Assembly (NCBI GenBank): GCA_977016875.1
Contig: CDRNST010000070.1
Location: forward strand, 1,054,001 to 1,118,000
DNA from: Pavona decussata
Taxonomy: Eukaryota
DNA: 64,000 nucleotides
Direction of reading: 5' to 3'
Made by a program: the position numbers and the translations under genes. How positions within the stretch are numbered: the first letter of the stretch is position 1; every line of letters begins with the position of its first letter. This document shows positions 37,401 through 57,596 of this stretch, in pieces. Below the pieces are notes generated by a model. It did no database searches. It had not been told where the DNA came from and saw only the letters and a program-made list of their open reading frames with translations.

Positions 37401-40400
37401 ATCTGCTGCATAGCGATTTATCCACTGGATAAAGTTACCTGTTCTTTGAACTTGGTGGCATTTGGCATTTTAGTACATAACATGGAAATTAAGTGAGTGA
37501 AATTTTGTTATTTTGGTTAGAGCACTGTCCCTTTAAATATAGAAGATTCAACAATTTAGAAAAGGGTTTATATGGAGCAGAGCTTGGCAAATGACAGGAA
37601 CCTTTATGATGTAGAAATGATCAAAATCAAAATAACCCCATCTTAATCTCTGTAGATGACCACAGTTCAGAACTTCCTCCAACTCTTCTTGCAAGTGCCT
37701 TAACCATGGCTTTGTGCTGTATCCTTTGTCATGATAGTTCTTTACCATAGAAACTGCATACATCTGTGTATTTTACTTATGCACATTACTTGTCTGTTCA
37801 GATTCTTTGGCTAAAATATCTATTAATTAAAAAATTTTAGGTATCAGAATCCTAGCTGCCCTTATTACTTGGGCCGTAAGGCAGACCGAGTTAAGATTTC
37901 AGTAGCATTATCAAATTCTTTTTTCTTTTTGGGGCCACGATGGGCCGAGAGATAAGACTTCGGGCCGCGAGTTAATGTTCTCGGTCTCGTTTTTTGTACT
38001 CGGCTGTTACGAGTTACATTTTCTGTTGTCTTATCAAATTCTTTAAATTCCCGGTCGCATTCTTTGTTTTCGGGCCGTGAGGAGTGTTTACAATATGCGA
38101 GCCAGACGTGCGAGGCATGAACAAAACATGCGAGGCATGCGAGGCATGAACAACCCCAACATAAACTGCTAACCGTTAAGCTAAGCGGGGAGCTATTTAA
38201 GCTAACCTAAGTGCTATTTAGGCTAACTGGAGTGCTCTTTAGGCTAACCGTAGTGTTTTTTAGGTTAACCTGAGTGCCTCAAAATTAGTTTTGTTTAACC
38301 GAAAATTTGGCAACTAAATCAGTCTATGACCTCGCGGGCCAAGATAGATAAAGATGTCTCACGTCTACTATAGAAAAACAATCGATGTAGAAATAGTTTC
38401 TGCCTTCAAATGAAAGGTGAATAACAAATGCTTTCCCCTGAATTTCATTTAAAAATATAAACAGCGAAACATTGAAAAACGTACAAGGATATAAACGTAT
38501 GCGTGATGCGTAACGTATTTTAATGCATTGGCAATCACAATCTGTTTAAGCCATTAGGTCATATAGGGATACCATGTTTAAGACAGAAAGTGATGAAATA
38601 GATACCCCGTTCAAGACAAAACACTCTGAAAACCATACCCTATCGGGCCACACGTCCCCGTTAAGGTCACATAAGGGAGTACCCCCCCCCCCGGTCTAGA
38701 TCATACTGAAAATAACAATCCGTCATCAACCCGGCGTCACATACATATTAGGACCGTACAAATGGTTTCTGTCTCTAAACGAAAGGTGAAAACGTAAGGA
38801 TTAAAGCCTGGGGATTATAAAAAGCATTTGTATGACAAATGTCGTTTTCCCTGGTATTTCATTCTGACTGCAAGAAATGCAATTCTATCTGGTGGTTACT
38901 TATTGCCTCACTATATCTCTGTATCTATCTATTTGGTAGCCTGTGAGAAAAGTAGCCTGTGGGGGGCGGAAGGGGGAAAGAGGATCCACCCCCAAGAGAG
39001 CTTGCCCGCCGCAGGCTATCTATTTGGGGGAATTGGTGTTGCTGAAGGTTATCACTGTTAAAAGATTGTAGGCTTTACGAACCACACAGTCAAATATGGC
39101 CCGAGTATAAGCTGGAAACAGCTTCTTGTTTTAAAATCAAAAGGACATATTCGTCCCTTCCAAAAACAAGTTTGAGATGACATCCCACTGAAAGAAACTC
39201 ATAAAAACTTTTTCATTATTATTAAATCTAGATCTAGGCATTGGTGATGATTAAAGCCTGCTGGAAAGATGTTTAATCAAAAAAAATACATGTGATTTTT
39301 TGCTCCCTTTATACTATGTTTGCAAAGGTGCCTACCTGACTTAACACTTGGTTTAGATATTCACAGAGCAGAAAAAGAATGCCCAGGTAATAGGCATGTA
39401 TTGTGCCCTTGCATCAGATGTAGCCTCGTCCCCAGTTGTTCTTGGAGAGCAGCTGAATGTGAAGTAGAATGGGAAGAGTGCTCAGTCCCAACCCCAGACA
39501 GGCAGCTTGGCCTGCTCGATAAGTGCGATTAGGCCTGGGAACGAGGTTGGGTCAGATGCAGATTCCTATAGTACTGCATTCACACATAATCATGTTAGAT
39601 GTTTAATAATTAACTGTATTATGGCTAACATAACGAAACCATGTGATATGGGCTTTGTCTTGGCTCTGAGAGAACAAGGGTTATAGAATGATCCTTATAT
39701 TTATGGAATCATCTGTGGTTTATTTATTACCTGTAATTGTTCAGTTTTGGAAATAACTCTTCCTATTTTCTCTTTTAGTTGGACAGAAACTCAAATCTCG
39801 TATATTGGTAAGTGTAAGAGCTGGATTAAGATATATAGGGAGCAGGGATGGCGCAGTGGTGAGAGCACTCGCCTCCCACCAATGTGGCCCGGGTTCGATT
39901 CCCGGTCTCTGTGTCATATGTGGGTTGAGTTTGTTCTTGGTTCTCGTCCCTGCTCCGAGGGTTTTTCTCCGGGTACTCCGGTTTTTATCCCTCCACAAAA
40001 ACCAACATTTCCAAATTCCAATTCGACCTGGAAACAGTGGAGAGAAGAGCCACTCTGTGGATTCCACTGAAATTCCTATTTATTTTATTTATTTTATTTT
40101 ATTTATTTTTTATTTATATATGGTCCTTTGTTAACTATCATTTTGTTCTTGAGTGACAAAATTTGTTCTACCACAGATACTGAAAGCTGCACCAGATGTC
40201 TCAACTCAATATATGCCAATAATGAACTGTATATTTGCTGCTCAAAAAAGTGTAAGTGAAACGTTACTAAGTTGCCGCTGCTTCATCTTTGTTCTTTCTT
40301 GGTTTGTTTTTGTTTCTTGCTTTCTTTCCTTTTAATTTTTTTTTTTTATAAAAAAGCCTGGTTCACACTAGTTAGGAACATAATGAAATCCAGATGAAGT

Positions 40401-43400
40401 CACGCAAAAGCAAAACAAAAATTTAGGTCAATGTTTTATGTCACAAGTTTGAACAATTTAATGTAATGACATAACCACGATGACATTCATGAACAAAAAA
40501 CTGATCTTTCCTTTATGTCGTTATGTCACTATGTCGATAATGAGAACCAGGCCAAAGGCATAGCCTAAGACAATTGGCAGCCTGTTGTGTGTTCAGTCAA
40601 GGGGTCCATCAGTCCAATCAGTTTGTGAAATGATTAATTCATTTTCAAGGGCTTGTTCACAGTAGCACATTCTGGTTTACGGTGAGATCATTCCACAATA
40701 AAGTCAGATTGTTCCACGAATAAGTCTGATCGTTACCCAATATAGTCAGTTCGTTCCACTTAGAAAGAGTCAAGAAAACATTCTTACTCGATGAAAATGT
40801 AAAGAAAAATGTCCTGCTCGATGTTTATTTGACAGAAAGGGTTAATATACTGAAACGCGTCACCATCTTCACAAAAAGGTGTGCATCATTTTAAGGGAAT
40901 TTGAAGGCGGACTTCAAGTTGGTGCACTCCACTTGTAAACTGACCGGTAAGTTGTGCAGTGCTAAGAAATGGAGGGACTGCACTCACTGCAAAGAATTCG
41001 TTTCTCACATTGGCTCATTGATCTTCCTTTGCAGAATACTGTGATTGACGCTTGTGTACTGGATGAACACTCAGGCTTCTTGCAACAGGTGTGATGAAAT
41101 AGGTTGACAGAGATTTTTTGAAAGCGCGTTTAACTTAGCAACATTTGTGCAAGAAATACGTCATGTCTTAAAATACTTGACTACCTCTACTGACGAGTAT
41201 AGCTTAGACAAGACATGAAAAGTTCCTTTCAAGTCTTGTATAAGACGTTGCAACCCACCTGCACCAAATGAAATTCAAGCCAAAACTGCGTAAAATCGCA
41301 CTAAATCAGTCCTGCAGTGAATAAATTCACAAGAACAACAACTGCTACACTCTTTGGAGAGATGAAGGAAATTAAAGTCGAGCAGAGCACAGCGTCGCTT
41401 CTTATCCACACTGAGAGTCGATTCTTGTCCACAAGAATGGTATGGGGAGCAGGGATGGCGCAGTGGTGAGAGCACTCGCCTCTCACCAATGTAGCGTCAT
41501 GTGTAGGTTGAGTTTGTTGTTGGTTCTCGTCCTTGCTCCAAGAGGTTTTTCTCCGGTTACTCCGGTTTTCCCTTCTCCTCAAAAACCAACATTTCCAAAT
41601 TCCAATTCGATATGGAGAGAGTTCCCAATTAGTGCTCTGCATTAAATACATTGACACTTGAATAAAGTGATTTTATTCATTTTCTCTGGAACTCGGAACT
41701 CCCTGTGTTTTGAGGTCCATTCCCCATTAAATAAGTATTTTTAAGACCAAGGCGACATATTTTTTTTATGCATCTTATATCTTTTATCGTAGTATTTTAT
41801 ATTTTAAACGTCGTGCTACTGCCGTGCCGAACTTAAATCAGTTTGACCCGGCAGTAGCACGGCAGTGGTTTTAAACGTCGAATTTAATTTAGTCGCGCCA
41901 AATTCTAAAATATAGAAATGCGTAGAACGAGCAAATTAACCCAAAATACATTAAAAAGTAATTTATGAATTTAGTTCGGCACGCAGTTTGAAACGAAGTC
42001 GCGCGCGCTACTGCCGGGCAGTACGACAGGGCCTGCCGTGCTACTGCCGTGCTAAATAGTCGTGCCGAACTTAATCCAGCCTGCCGAACTAAATGGTTTC
42101 AAACGTCGTGCTACTGCCGTGTTTAAGTCGAATTAAATTCTTGAATTTAGTTCCGCACGGCAGTAGCGCGACGTTTGGAACAGGCCTAACATACTGTCAT
42201 TTTTTCTTGTATATATAGTGTATTTCATATCAAAGGTTAGTTCAGTAGTAGGCGATCTGTCTTAAGATGGGGCTTTTGCTCTTTTACAGATCATCCTTAT
42301 GGTCCTTTCAATTACTTGTCATCCTTTCTTTTTCTTATTTTTTCTTATCTGTCACTTGAATTGCATCGGTATTATAGAACTTACATCTGTTTTCAGGCAG
42401 CGGATATAACAGGTGGAATGTACCTTAAAGTCCCCCAGACTCCTGCGTTGCTTCAGTATCTATTGGTGAGCGATTTTGTTTCGTATACAACATAACATGC
42501 CTCTATTTTTGAAGCCGAAAGCCTACCCAATGCTTTTCTCCCTCAAGAAACAAGATTACTGTGTCATTTACTAAATACTACATCATTCTCATTTATTTAC
42601 CAGGCTTAACGTATTCCATCACATTATTTATATTGCGCATATGCCACACATTGACATTCCAATCCTAGCAGTATGCAGGATGTTTGTCCTATGAACCTAG
42701 TTTAATGGCCTTAGCTCCCACGAGTCTCCTGTAGCTCAGTGGAAGAGCATCCGAACTAGTAATCGGAAGGGCTTAGGTACGACTCCTGATAGGAGCACTC
42801 GGATTTTTTTCCGAGTATGCCTGTGTCATTTACTGATTAATATACCATTCTCAACGTTTAATTGTAAATTAGTTCGGCATACAAACGCGATTGTAAGACG
42901 AAGGTTTTGAAGCAATCGGTAACGAAAAAGCCTGTGCGCAATCAGTGGCTTGAAGCACCTTCCCAAACAAAATATACTTTCGGAATTGGTTATGCCGAGT
43001 TGCATTTTCCAAATGTTTCCCGTTTCCTTACAAACGTAATACTCGAGTTTGCGTATCTTTTTTGTTTTTGAACTCCTACAAACAGTGACAATTAACTGTT
43101 CCGCCGGTTTGCACAGAACAGTGGAAAAAATAGGAAACAATGCAGACAATGTCAGCGTTTGGAAAGTTGGTTTGAACGTCCCGTACCCTCTTCTTCTAGT
43201 TAAGTCCTCGTTTTTGTGTTAAAGGAACACTGTCACGGAGATTTTGCGGTATTTTGACCAAAACTACTCAAATATTTAACGTATAACCGTTTTCTCTAAC
43301 ATGAAATTGTTCATAGAGCACCGGGAGGAAAATATTAACTGATTTCTCCGATGAAGAACAAACTATAAACCTGTTTTTAGCAATTTCTCCAAAATACACA

Positions 43401-46197
43401 GGAAGAACTTGAAAAAAATGGTTGTAATCCATTTCCATCCAAGCCATCCGCGGCAAAAGATAACAAATACTAGCTTATCTATACTTGTAAGGCAATTGTT
43501 AACAATACTGAACCATTATGTTAACATTCGCATCAATACAAATGTTTTTACTTTATTCAAAGGCACACTAAACACACATGGGATTTTTTTGTACTGATCA
43601 TTTCAGTGGGTATTTCTGCCGGAGCCCTCTGTCCGTGAGCAGCTTGTTCTTCCTTCATCCATGCACATTGACTACAGAGCAGCGTGCTTCTGCCACAGAC
43701 GGCTGGTGGATATAGGATTTGTGTGCTCAGTGTGTTTATCAAGTATGTATCGACCATTGTTATAGTTGTGTAGGTATTCCATGCACTCGTCTGCGTGTGT
43801 CGCAGGGCACGTGCGGCCACATAGATCATGTACACCGTATCATCTTCTTGATTGACAAGAGACCACTATATTTAAACTGACAATACACCTTCACCCACTC
43901 ACCCCACCCCTGCAACGATCAGTTGCGGAATTCGTGCAACCTGGAATGCAGTTTACATCGTTGCAAGGCACTGAAATCGCGACATTTTATCGCGTCAGTT
44001 ACATTTCTGTATACATGTATATAGTTTGTTTTTCAAATCCGTCTTTAACGGTTTATTCCAAACTTGCTCAATGCATTCCATAAATTCCAATAGAATTCAA
44101 CTTTCAAAATCACTGATAAAACTCGATATCTGCTGAGCAGTATTCTGTGCATCAAACAGTTTTCCGCTGTGCGTTTCTGAAGACCTTTCGTGCCTGAAAG
44201 GAATTGTTTTTATCCTTTTTCTACAGATCGGCGGTAATTTCTCCTATATACTAACTCAATGTGTTTCTTAATCTTGGAAAACTTAAAATGTTTTTGCTTT
44301 CAAAATTTACCAAAAATTGAATTTTTTGATAATGAATTTTGGATTTTTTCCGGGAGCTTGAGAAGCCGCCCGCGCACGCCAGGTCCAGTAATTTATCGCG
44401 ATTTTCGAGAAACGGGCCTCGGGCTCAGATGTGCAAGTATGGTCAGCTCTGAAATTTGTTGGCTGGCAAGAAGTTTCTGCGTTCAAATTAGACGAGTCAT
44501 TTGTGTTATTCAGTTCGTTACACGTATCTAAAGACATTCCGTAATGGTTTTCCTTTTAATTTATTTTTGTTGCAGTTTATTGCCAGTTCATTCCACTCTG
44601 CCTCACTTGCCAGTAAGTGTATTTTTATCCCAAGGTTTTGTGTTCTAAAACTCTCTTAATAAACTTTTACAAAATGATGGATCAGAGAACTAACTCTCCA
44701 GGGTTTATTGAAGTGCTAAGGTGAACCCGTGAATTTCCTTCTGAGCATTAGCCCTAGTAAGGAAATGCGAGACCGCATGAGGCAAAGAAAAAATCTTTGA
44801 CCTCGGCGGGAATCGAATTTGAATTTGATCAACCGTTGCTCTACCGGCCGAGCTACGAGGCCAGACGGGAGCAAGTCGTGGATGATAGAGCGGTTTCCAA
44901 TTGAGTGTCGTAAAACTAAAACCAATTGAAAGTAATTACTCTGGCCATTCGCAGCAGATGTAAACAACACAACGAGCCAATCCAATCAGAATTCGAAACA
45001 AATACATGTAACTGGCGCCAAGCGCGGGAAAACGCGTGCGGCGAAAACACGATTGGTTTTGGTTTGGATTCCCATTGGTTGAGAAAGTGGCGCGAGTTTT
45101 ATTAACCAATCACAGAGCGTAGTAATACAAAACCAAAGCAAACGCGAATTACCTTCGACACTCAATTGAAAACCGTTCTAATGGTGGCAGTTGCGGCAAT
45201 GTGAATATGAACAATCATTGTACCCTCAATAAACTATTAACCAATCAAATGCCCTACTGAGTTTTGGTGTCACTACATCTTTGAACCTGCCCAGAAATGC
45301 AACTAACCCTGATTTTGGGTACTTCACATAAAACAGGCCTTTTTGTCATTTTCATATGACTACATGTTTGACAGAATTATATATGTTTTAGTGAGAATTA
45401 AGGTTAGGGGACATCTTGTGATGTCAATCATACAGTTCATGAATCTCATTAGCGTTCATTTCTGGACATATAGACAGTCACTGAGAGTCCTTTCCTTCGC
45501 ACTGAATTTACGCTTCAACTTCAAGGACTTTTCCAACTTTTAAGAACTCCATTGTTGACTTTGTCTTCACTAGATTAGTGATGTACAATCTTAAGTGATC
45601 TATACGTACTAGTGTCCTCAATTAGTGCTGCTTCAGCGCTAGAGTTTGATAAAGGTTCATTCATTGGACGCGTACGAATGCAAACGACGTTTGATGGGAG
45701 TTCAAAATTCCATTCTCGTTTTGCCTTAAACCGTTTTCGTATTTGCGCAGTGGTGAGAGCACTCGCCTCCCACCAATGTGGCTCGGTTTCGATTTCCGAA
45801 CTCGGCTTCATATGTGGGTTGAGTTTGTTGTTGGTTCTCGTCCTTGCTCCAAGAGGTTTTTCTCCGGGTACTCTGGTTTCCCCTCTCCGCAAATACCATC
45901 ATTTCCAAATTCTGTTTCGATCTGTAAAGCCAGTGTCTCCAATTAGTGCTCTGCGCTAAATACATTGACACTTACACTTTTATTTTTAAGTAAGAACTCT
46001 CCAAAAAATGGCTTCTTCTCCCGAAAAGTGTCTATTATTAAGTAAAACGATGGTTGGTACTGACTACTCGTAAAATGTTATTGCGTCGTAAATAATAATT
46101 TTGCTTCCTCTTTTGCAGGACACGATTTAAACTTCCAGCGCTTCCGATGGCGAGACCAAAGAAGAAAAAGAAAGAAAACACAGCTCCTACAAAATAA
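34492..46197 (+). CDS. GTF2H3: General transcription factor IIH subunit 3 (p34/Tfb4), complete, 313 aa. Exons: 34492-34501, 34603-34703, 36177-36283, 36940-37091, 37656-37718, 39357-39386, 39779-39807, 40177-40251, 41035-41088, 42397-42465, 43607-43742, 44576-44612, 46119-46197
   Basis: Spliced product [22 protein letters not shown]...DGKYEGF...[16 protein letters not shown]...KSRILILKAA...[14 protein letters not shown]...IDACVL...[20 protein letters not shown]...LLQYLLWVFLP...[37 protein letters not shown], ending in a Lys-rich tail. This is the VWA-like plus C4 zinc-finger layout of TFIIH p34. Total 942 nt with consistent phases. The ORF track mostly misses it because the exons are short. 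Confidence 0.96.
35417..35816. mobile_element. About 400-bp near-perfect palindromic (foldback) MITE in GTF2H3 intron 2
   Basis: ATTGCCTGATTTCATAC ... GTATGAAATCAGGCAAT; the arms pair to the centre CGCCGGAC-GT-GTCCGGCG region near 35616. Confidence 0.85.
35833..36126 (+). repeat. Interspersed repeat family C, copy 3
   Basis: TTCTCAAACTCATTAATAATTC ... GTTTGATCTATTACTT. Confidence 0.7.
36318..36509. mobile_element. MITE (TIR AATAGGCCATTTTCA); related partial copy at about 50270-50428
   Basis: AATAGGCCATTTTCA ... TGAAAATGTCCTATT. Confidence 0.65.
36839..36876 (+). repeat. (TCAG)n microsatellite
   Basis: Direct reading of the sequence. Confidence 0.9.
37719..39356 (+). other. U12-type (minor spliceosome) GT-AG intron, GTF2H3 intron 5
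   Basis: 5' splice site GTATCCTTTG. Branch-point-like CTGACTTAAC at 39336-39345, 11 nt before the end of the intron, with no polypyrimidine tract. The intron splits the Tyr codon of ALC|YIHR. Confidence 0.9.
38190..38300 (+). repeat. Degenerate 21-bp minisatellite, about 4-5 units
   Basis: GCTATTTAAGCTAACCTAAGT / GCTATTTAGGCTAACTGGAGT / GCTCTTTTAGGCTAACCGTAGT and further units. Confidence 0.7.
39838..40120 (+). mobile_element. tRNA-derived SINE with a V-domain-like core, full-length
   Basis: A box TGGCGCAGTGG, B box GGTTCGATTCC, core GTGGGTTGAGTTTG...TTCTCCGGGTACTCCGGTTT and a (TTTA)n tail. Confidence 0.85.
41444..41670 (+). mobile_element. Same SINE family, B box deleted
   Basis: Same head and core; 3' end AATTAGTGCTCTGC...AATAAAG. 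Confidence 0.8.
41802..42188. mobile_element. MITE built of TTTAAACGTCGTGCTACTGCCGTG direct and inverted modules
   Basis: At least five copies of the CGTGCTACTGCCG motif in both orientations; the right end is AAACAGGCCT-like (GGAACAGGCCT). Confidence 0.7.
42559..42852 (+). mobile_element. tRNA(Thr)-like repeat with an internal tRNA module and about 30-nt terminal direct repeats
   Basis: TCCTGTAGCTCAGTGG...CTAGTAA...CGACTCCTG at about 42727-42800. CTGTGTCATTTACT...CATTCTC occurs at both 42559 and 42821. Confidence 0.65.
44716..45210 (-). mobile_element. tRNA-derived repeat interrupted by a MITE
   Basis: Minus strand CTCGTAGCTCGGCCGGTAGAGCA...TTCGATTCCC; the repeat resumes after 45180. Confidence 0.55.
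44886..45180. mobile_element. MITE (TIR TAGAGCGGTTT...AATTGAGTGTCG); right-half copy at about 6820-6974
   Basis: TAGAGCGGTTTCCAATTGAGTGTCG ... CGACACTCAATTGAAAACCGTTCTA. Confidence 0.8.
45289..45470 (-). mobile_element. MITE family B, second copy
   Basis: Reverse-complement match to 9586-9770; both give the same spurious ORF (MSFSYD...). Confidence 0.75.
45745..45975 (+). mobile_element. Same SINE family, slightly 5'-truncated; a degenerate copy also lies at about 46542-46710
   Basis: GCGCAGTGGTGAGAGCACTCGCCTCCCACC followed by the core. Confidence 0.8.
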
Positions 46198-47737
46198 CTT
46201 TTAATTACCATTGACACTTTTTGTACAATTTCATTATTTTTAAAACATTAAATGTTATTTGGAAAATACAGACTATTTTATTTAAAGCCGAACTGACATT
46301 TATATTTTGATTACACCTGTGGGAAAAGAAACTGCTATCCTCCATCCCAGAAGCTCTAGAAGAAAATGTTTACACAATAGTCTGCAAGAAGTTTCTTTTT
46401 CTCTTGTGAATCACTCAAGATGAAAAAAATGTTTCCTTTCCAAGTACTTTTTTTTATGACTTGACAATACACGGCCATTAGGACAATTTTCACTTTACTA
46501 CACCCTCCTCTCCACCCCTCCCCCCTCCCTCTAGTGGAGTAGGTTTGGTGCAGTGCTGAATCGAAGGCACTTGCCTCCCAGGTTTAATTTTCTTGTCAGC
46601 GTTGAGTTTCTCGTTGGGTCCTGCCCTGCGTTGAGCGCTTTCTCTGGTTCTTAGTTTTTCTTCACCAGAAAAACCAAGATGTAAAATTCAAATTGGAATT
46701 GAATAAATAGGATCTGCACTATCAAGAAGTGTGTAATTTACATTATGGCATGTGTATCATACAAAACCAGTTTCGGTTGAAATTGCTGGCCCAGCGTTTG
46801 TAGTAAAACTGCAGAACAGTTTATCCTCGAAATCATGCTTTTGAAGCTGTAATCAATCATCAAAAATTACACGGATTGGTTTATCTACAGGATAATAATG
46901 TCCACAGATAACTTTGTCTACAGTCACAGTTTTGGCATAGTTCGCTGAAGATTGTATTCTGGCTGCATAACATGACAAGTTGTTTTATTGAGTATTATGA
47001 ATAGTGCTTTTAGATGATTTAGGCAAAGGGTTGTTTTTTCTTCAACTCTGTTTCTCTGAGTGATAAACTTCTAATCTCTCCTTGCCATATATTAACATAA
47101 TCTGGAGAAAAAAAATTTGTGTTCACCAGAGCCCGGTTAGTTGAAAGTCGATTAATGCTCCTCCCCAACTAAAATTTAACCAAAGTTTTCCTCTTGCTCC
47201 TTAAAAAATGTTTTCAAAAGCCAATTTTAAGTTAATGAAAAGAAAAGTCTACATGAAAACTAAGAGACAAAACTCATTTGGAAGAATCTTTTTACATAAG
47301 TAATTAAACTTGAATCAAAGTTCACGTTAACCCAGGATTAGCTTAATTGGGCTTTGAACAAGTGGGCCCAATTGTCTTGATGACAAAAACAACTTCTCTC
47401 AACCAGTATACTAAGAAGTATAATGGAGTCTAATAAGGAGAATTTACATGCTGATATTGAAACTTAATGGGTCGCCTGTTCTCCATATATTTCTCATGGT
47501 ACTAGCTTTCCCAAACTACTGACCGAGTTGAAAAATAAAATGTTTTATCAGCACCATGCTTGTTTTTCTCAGCTGACATGTATCATCAGCTTTCACTGCA
47601 GAGCGCGTGCAAAAATCTCTGTTCAGCCACCTTAATTTGCAAGTTTGACTGCACAGAATAACAGAGTACACACTAGCCCATTGTAGGCTCTCAAGTCACT
47701 CTTAGAGCATCGTGTTGTCTTTGTAGAAATTAACATC

Positions 47738-54862
<7,125 letters not shown>

Positions 54863-55341
54863 TCATCTTTCTGCATTTTTGCTGAATAAAACAGTTCTTC
54901 AAGGAGGCCATAAAGTTTGAGCGGTTACCAAGCTCTCACGTCCGTCATTTATATGGAAGGCGGACGACGATAAAAATAGTAACAGATGATGTAATTAACA
55001 GCCAATCAGAATTCAACTGGAAAGGAACAACAGTGAGGGAAAACCCCGAAACTATAATAGCAAGTCATCAAATTTACAGAAACTGGGTCAAGAACAATGA
55101 GATTGCATTTAGGACTTCCTGTTCCTGCAATATAAATTTGAGTTGCTGGGAGACGTTACATGCACAAACAGTTACATTGTCATGTACTGATGGGCATCAG
55201 CTAGTTGTATCATTGCAATAAAGAGCTCTAATGATGATACTGAAGATGACTTATTCTGCATGAAGAGAAAATGACTTGAAACACAAATGAAAGGAGGGCT
55301 AAATTACATGGGACAAATGACCCAGGCCACCCTCAGAACAA

Positions 55342-55497
55342 TAATTGAAGGGGTGCGTGGAATAAGGCCCTAAGTGACTTTTGATGTAAGGTCAAATTCT
55401 CCTTTTGTTTCACAAGTGAATACAATGAAATTTGAAGGAGAATCTAGCTTTTTATCAGAAGTCACACAGGGCTTTTTTCCAGGCACCCCTTCAATTA
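55342..55497. mobile_element. Small MITE upstream of MAPK7
   Basis: TAATTGAAGGGGTGC ... GCACCCCTTCAATTA. Confidence 0.7.
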
Positions 55498-56768
55498 GGA
55501 GTTAAGCCCCAAATGTAACTTCACAAAGTCTGCCTTAAATTTTTACTAAAATTCCCAATTTATTTTACACGTTTATGGTAACAATATTGCAGGGTTACTC
55601 TTCGAGTATTTTAATCTCTGACACAGCGACTATTACAAGCCAAAGAATGGGAATAGGAAGCAAGAATACTCTAAGATGCCAGTAGTGGATTATGGGTTGG
55701 GGGCTGGGGGAGTAACCCTCAGGGGTACTATACAGGTATGTGCGGCCACTGTGAAAAGTATGTTTTTCCAATGGTTTAGTCTGGGAAAGGTTATAGAAAT
55801 CAGAGAGGTTTGGTCTAGAATAGGGTATCATTGACTAGAATTAAGTCTACGATAGGATATGGCAAACTGCAGCTGAACATGGTCTGGCACCCTGCAACCC
55901 AAAACTCCACTGTGCACCCCCAGGGTCTTTTAGAAAGGCTGAGAAGGAAACAAGATACCCTATAATGTTAGTAGCCGATTAGAGGTGGGGCTGGAGGGGG
56001 GGGGGGGGGGTGGCAACCCCTCATTTTATCAGTAAAAAACAACAGGGCTCAGAGAAATTTTTTTATTAAACTTCTGACACGTCCCTTTTTCTATAGCCCC
56101 TTCCCCAACTCATCATGATGAGTGCAGGCTTGGCAAGTTCAATGGATTCACAACTGCACAGTGAAACAACATAGCTTCCAAAAAACACATTTCATTTATT
56201 AATTTAAACCAACATAAAGGTCTCATTACTTAATTTATCCATTTTGTTTTACTTGGATGAACTCATCCAATGAAAAACGTAGTATGAGATAAACAATATC
56301 AGATACCATAAAACATATTACTTGTAATCTGAACAGTCTATCACTTCCTTTGACCATGCTAGGAGTGATGCTCAAATCTCAAATGATGAAAATTCACCAT
56401 TATAGTCCACAAAATGGCTCAGGCCGATGCCACAGACTTTAACAGCAACACTGGTCTTATTTAGTATCAGAGGAATTTGTTTTTATAGTTTAATGCCATG
56501 ATTTGTCAGCCTGATAGAACCAGCTACCTGTGAGTGCAGATTGTAGATGTATATTGACAATGATAACAGCTTTGCTGATTACTGTAGTAAGTAATTAGGG
56601 AGGATCTTTACAATAAGCTCAGCAGAGAGCTCTTGCTTAACATCTCCCAATCTGATATAATTGAGTCTGTCAAAACCTTTAAATACATGATGTAAAGCAA
56701 GTAAGGCAATAAAAAAACTTCACTTTCCTTACTAATAAAAAGGGCTGACCAATCACGCTGACAAATTG

Positions 56769-57156
56769 CAGGGGCACCCAACGGATCGTTTTGGTAAATT
56801 ATCTGTTTGGAAGGCCCTTAAACCCCTACAATTTTCTAAAAATAATTTTCGCCTCGGACTTTCGTGATATGAGAAATTTAAGGCCTGGTGTCTTCGGATT
56901 GATAAAAATGTCGTTTCGGGTACCGAAAAAAGGTCAGCTAAAATTTTCGGAAAGGAAATAAGACCTAAGTTTTTTGGGAAATGGACAAAAATGCCCTAGT
57001 TAATTTCGAAAAGACTCAAGTTCCCCTAGAATGACTGAACAGATAAAAATATTACAGCGCAGCTTTAAGTGAATCTACAGAGCTTTAAAGGCACTCCAGA
57101 TAGCCTAAAATAGCGTTTCAAAGGATCTGAGAGAAAACTCCCCTTGGGTGCCCCTG
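56769..57156. mobile_element. hAT-like non-autonomous element, 388 bp, with a 6-bp TSD
   Basis: AAATTG|CAGGGGCACCCAA ... TTGGGTGCCCCTG|AAATTG. Confidence 0.85.
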
Positions 57157-57596
57157 AAATTGTAGCATGTAAAACAGGCTTTAAGATAGCTGGCCTATTT
57201 ATAAGGACCTTTAGAGAAATTATAAAAGTTACTAAAACCTGCTTCCAAAAGATGACGGTAATTTATTTGATTGATAAGACTAGAACACACAACAGTGACT
57301 GTGTATGGGAAAGTTGTCTTCACATCATCAAAACAGCTTATCTTGATGATTTCCAAGAACTATATGAAGGGTTTTGTGCCAAGAGGGCACATGCTGAGGC
57401 TAATTTACTAGGACGTTCGCCTCTGCTTTGACACAGTGGCAGGTTCATGTGATCAAATCCTTCTAAATTCAGCCTTCAAGGAAAACGCAAATATGGATCC
57501 ACATTTAACATGCAAAATCTGAGGGGCATACTAAAACTGGGTAAGTTCATATGTTCAAGTAAATATCATAGGGTGTTTGGGATCAACAGTCACTAT

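Noticed and set aside
38190-38300. Regularly spaced ~21-bp repeats (also at about 40694-40760) as a CRISPR-like array
   Set aside because: The units are contiguous and degenerate with no unique spacers, there are no cas genes, and the context is a eukaryotic intron.
39838-39915. tRNA gene calls here and at 42727-42800, 44800-44865 and 62750-62820
   Set aside because: Acceptor stems are imperfect and each runs directly into a repeated SINE-like body, so these are tRNA-derived repeat parts.
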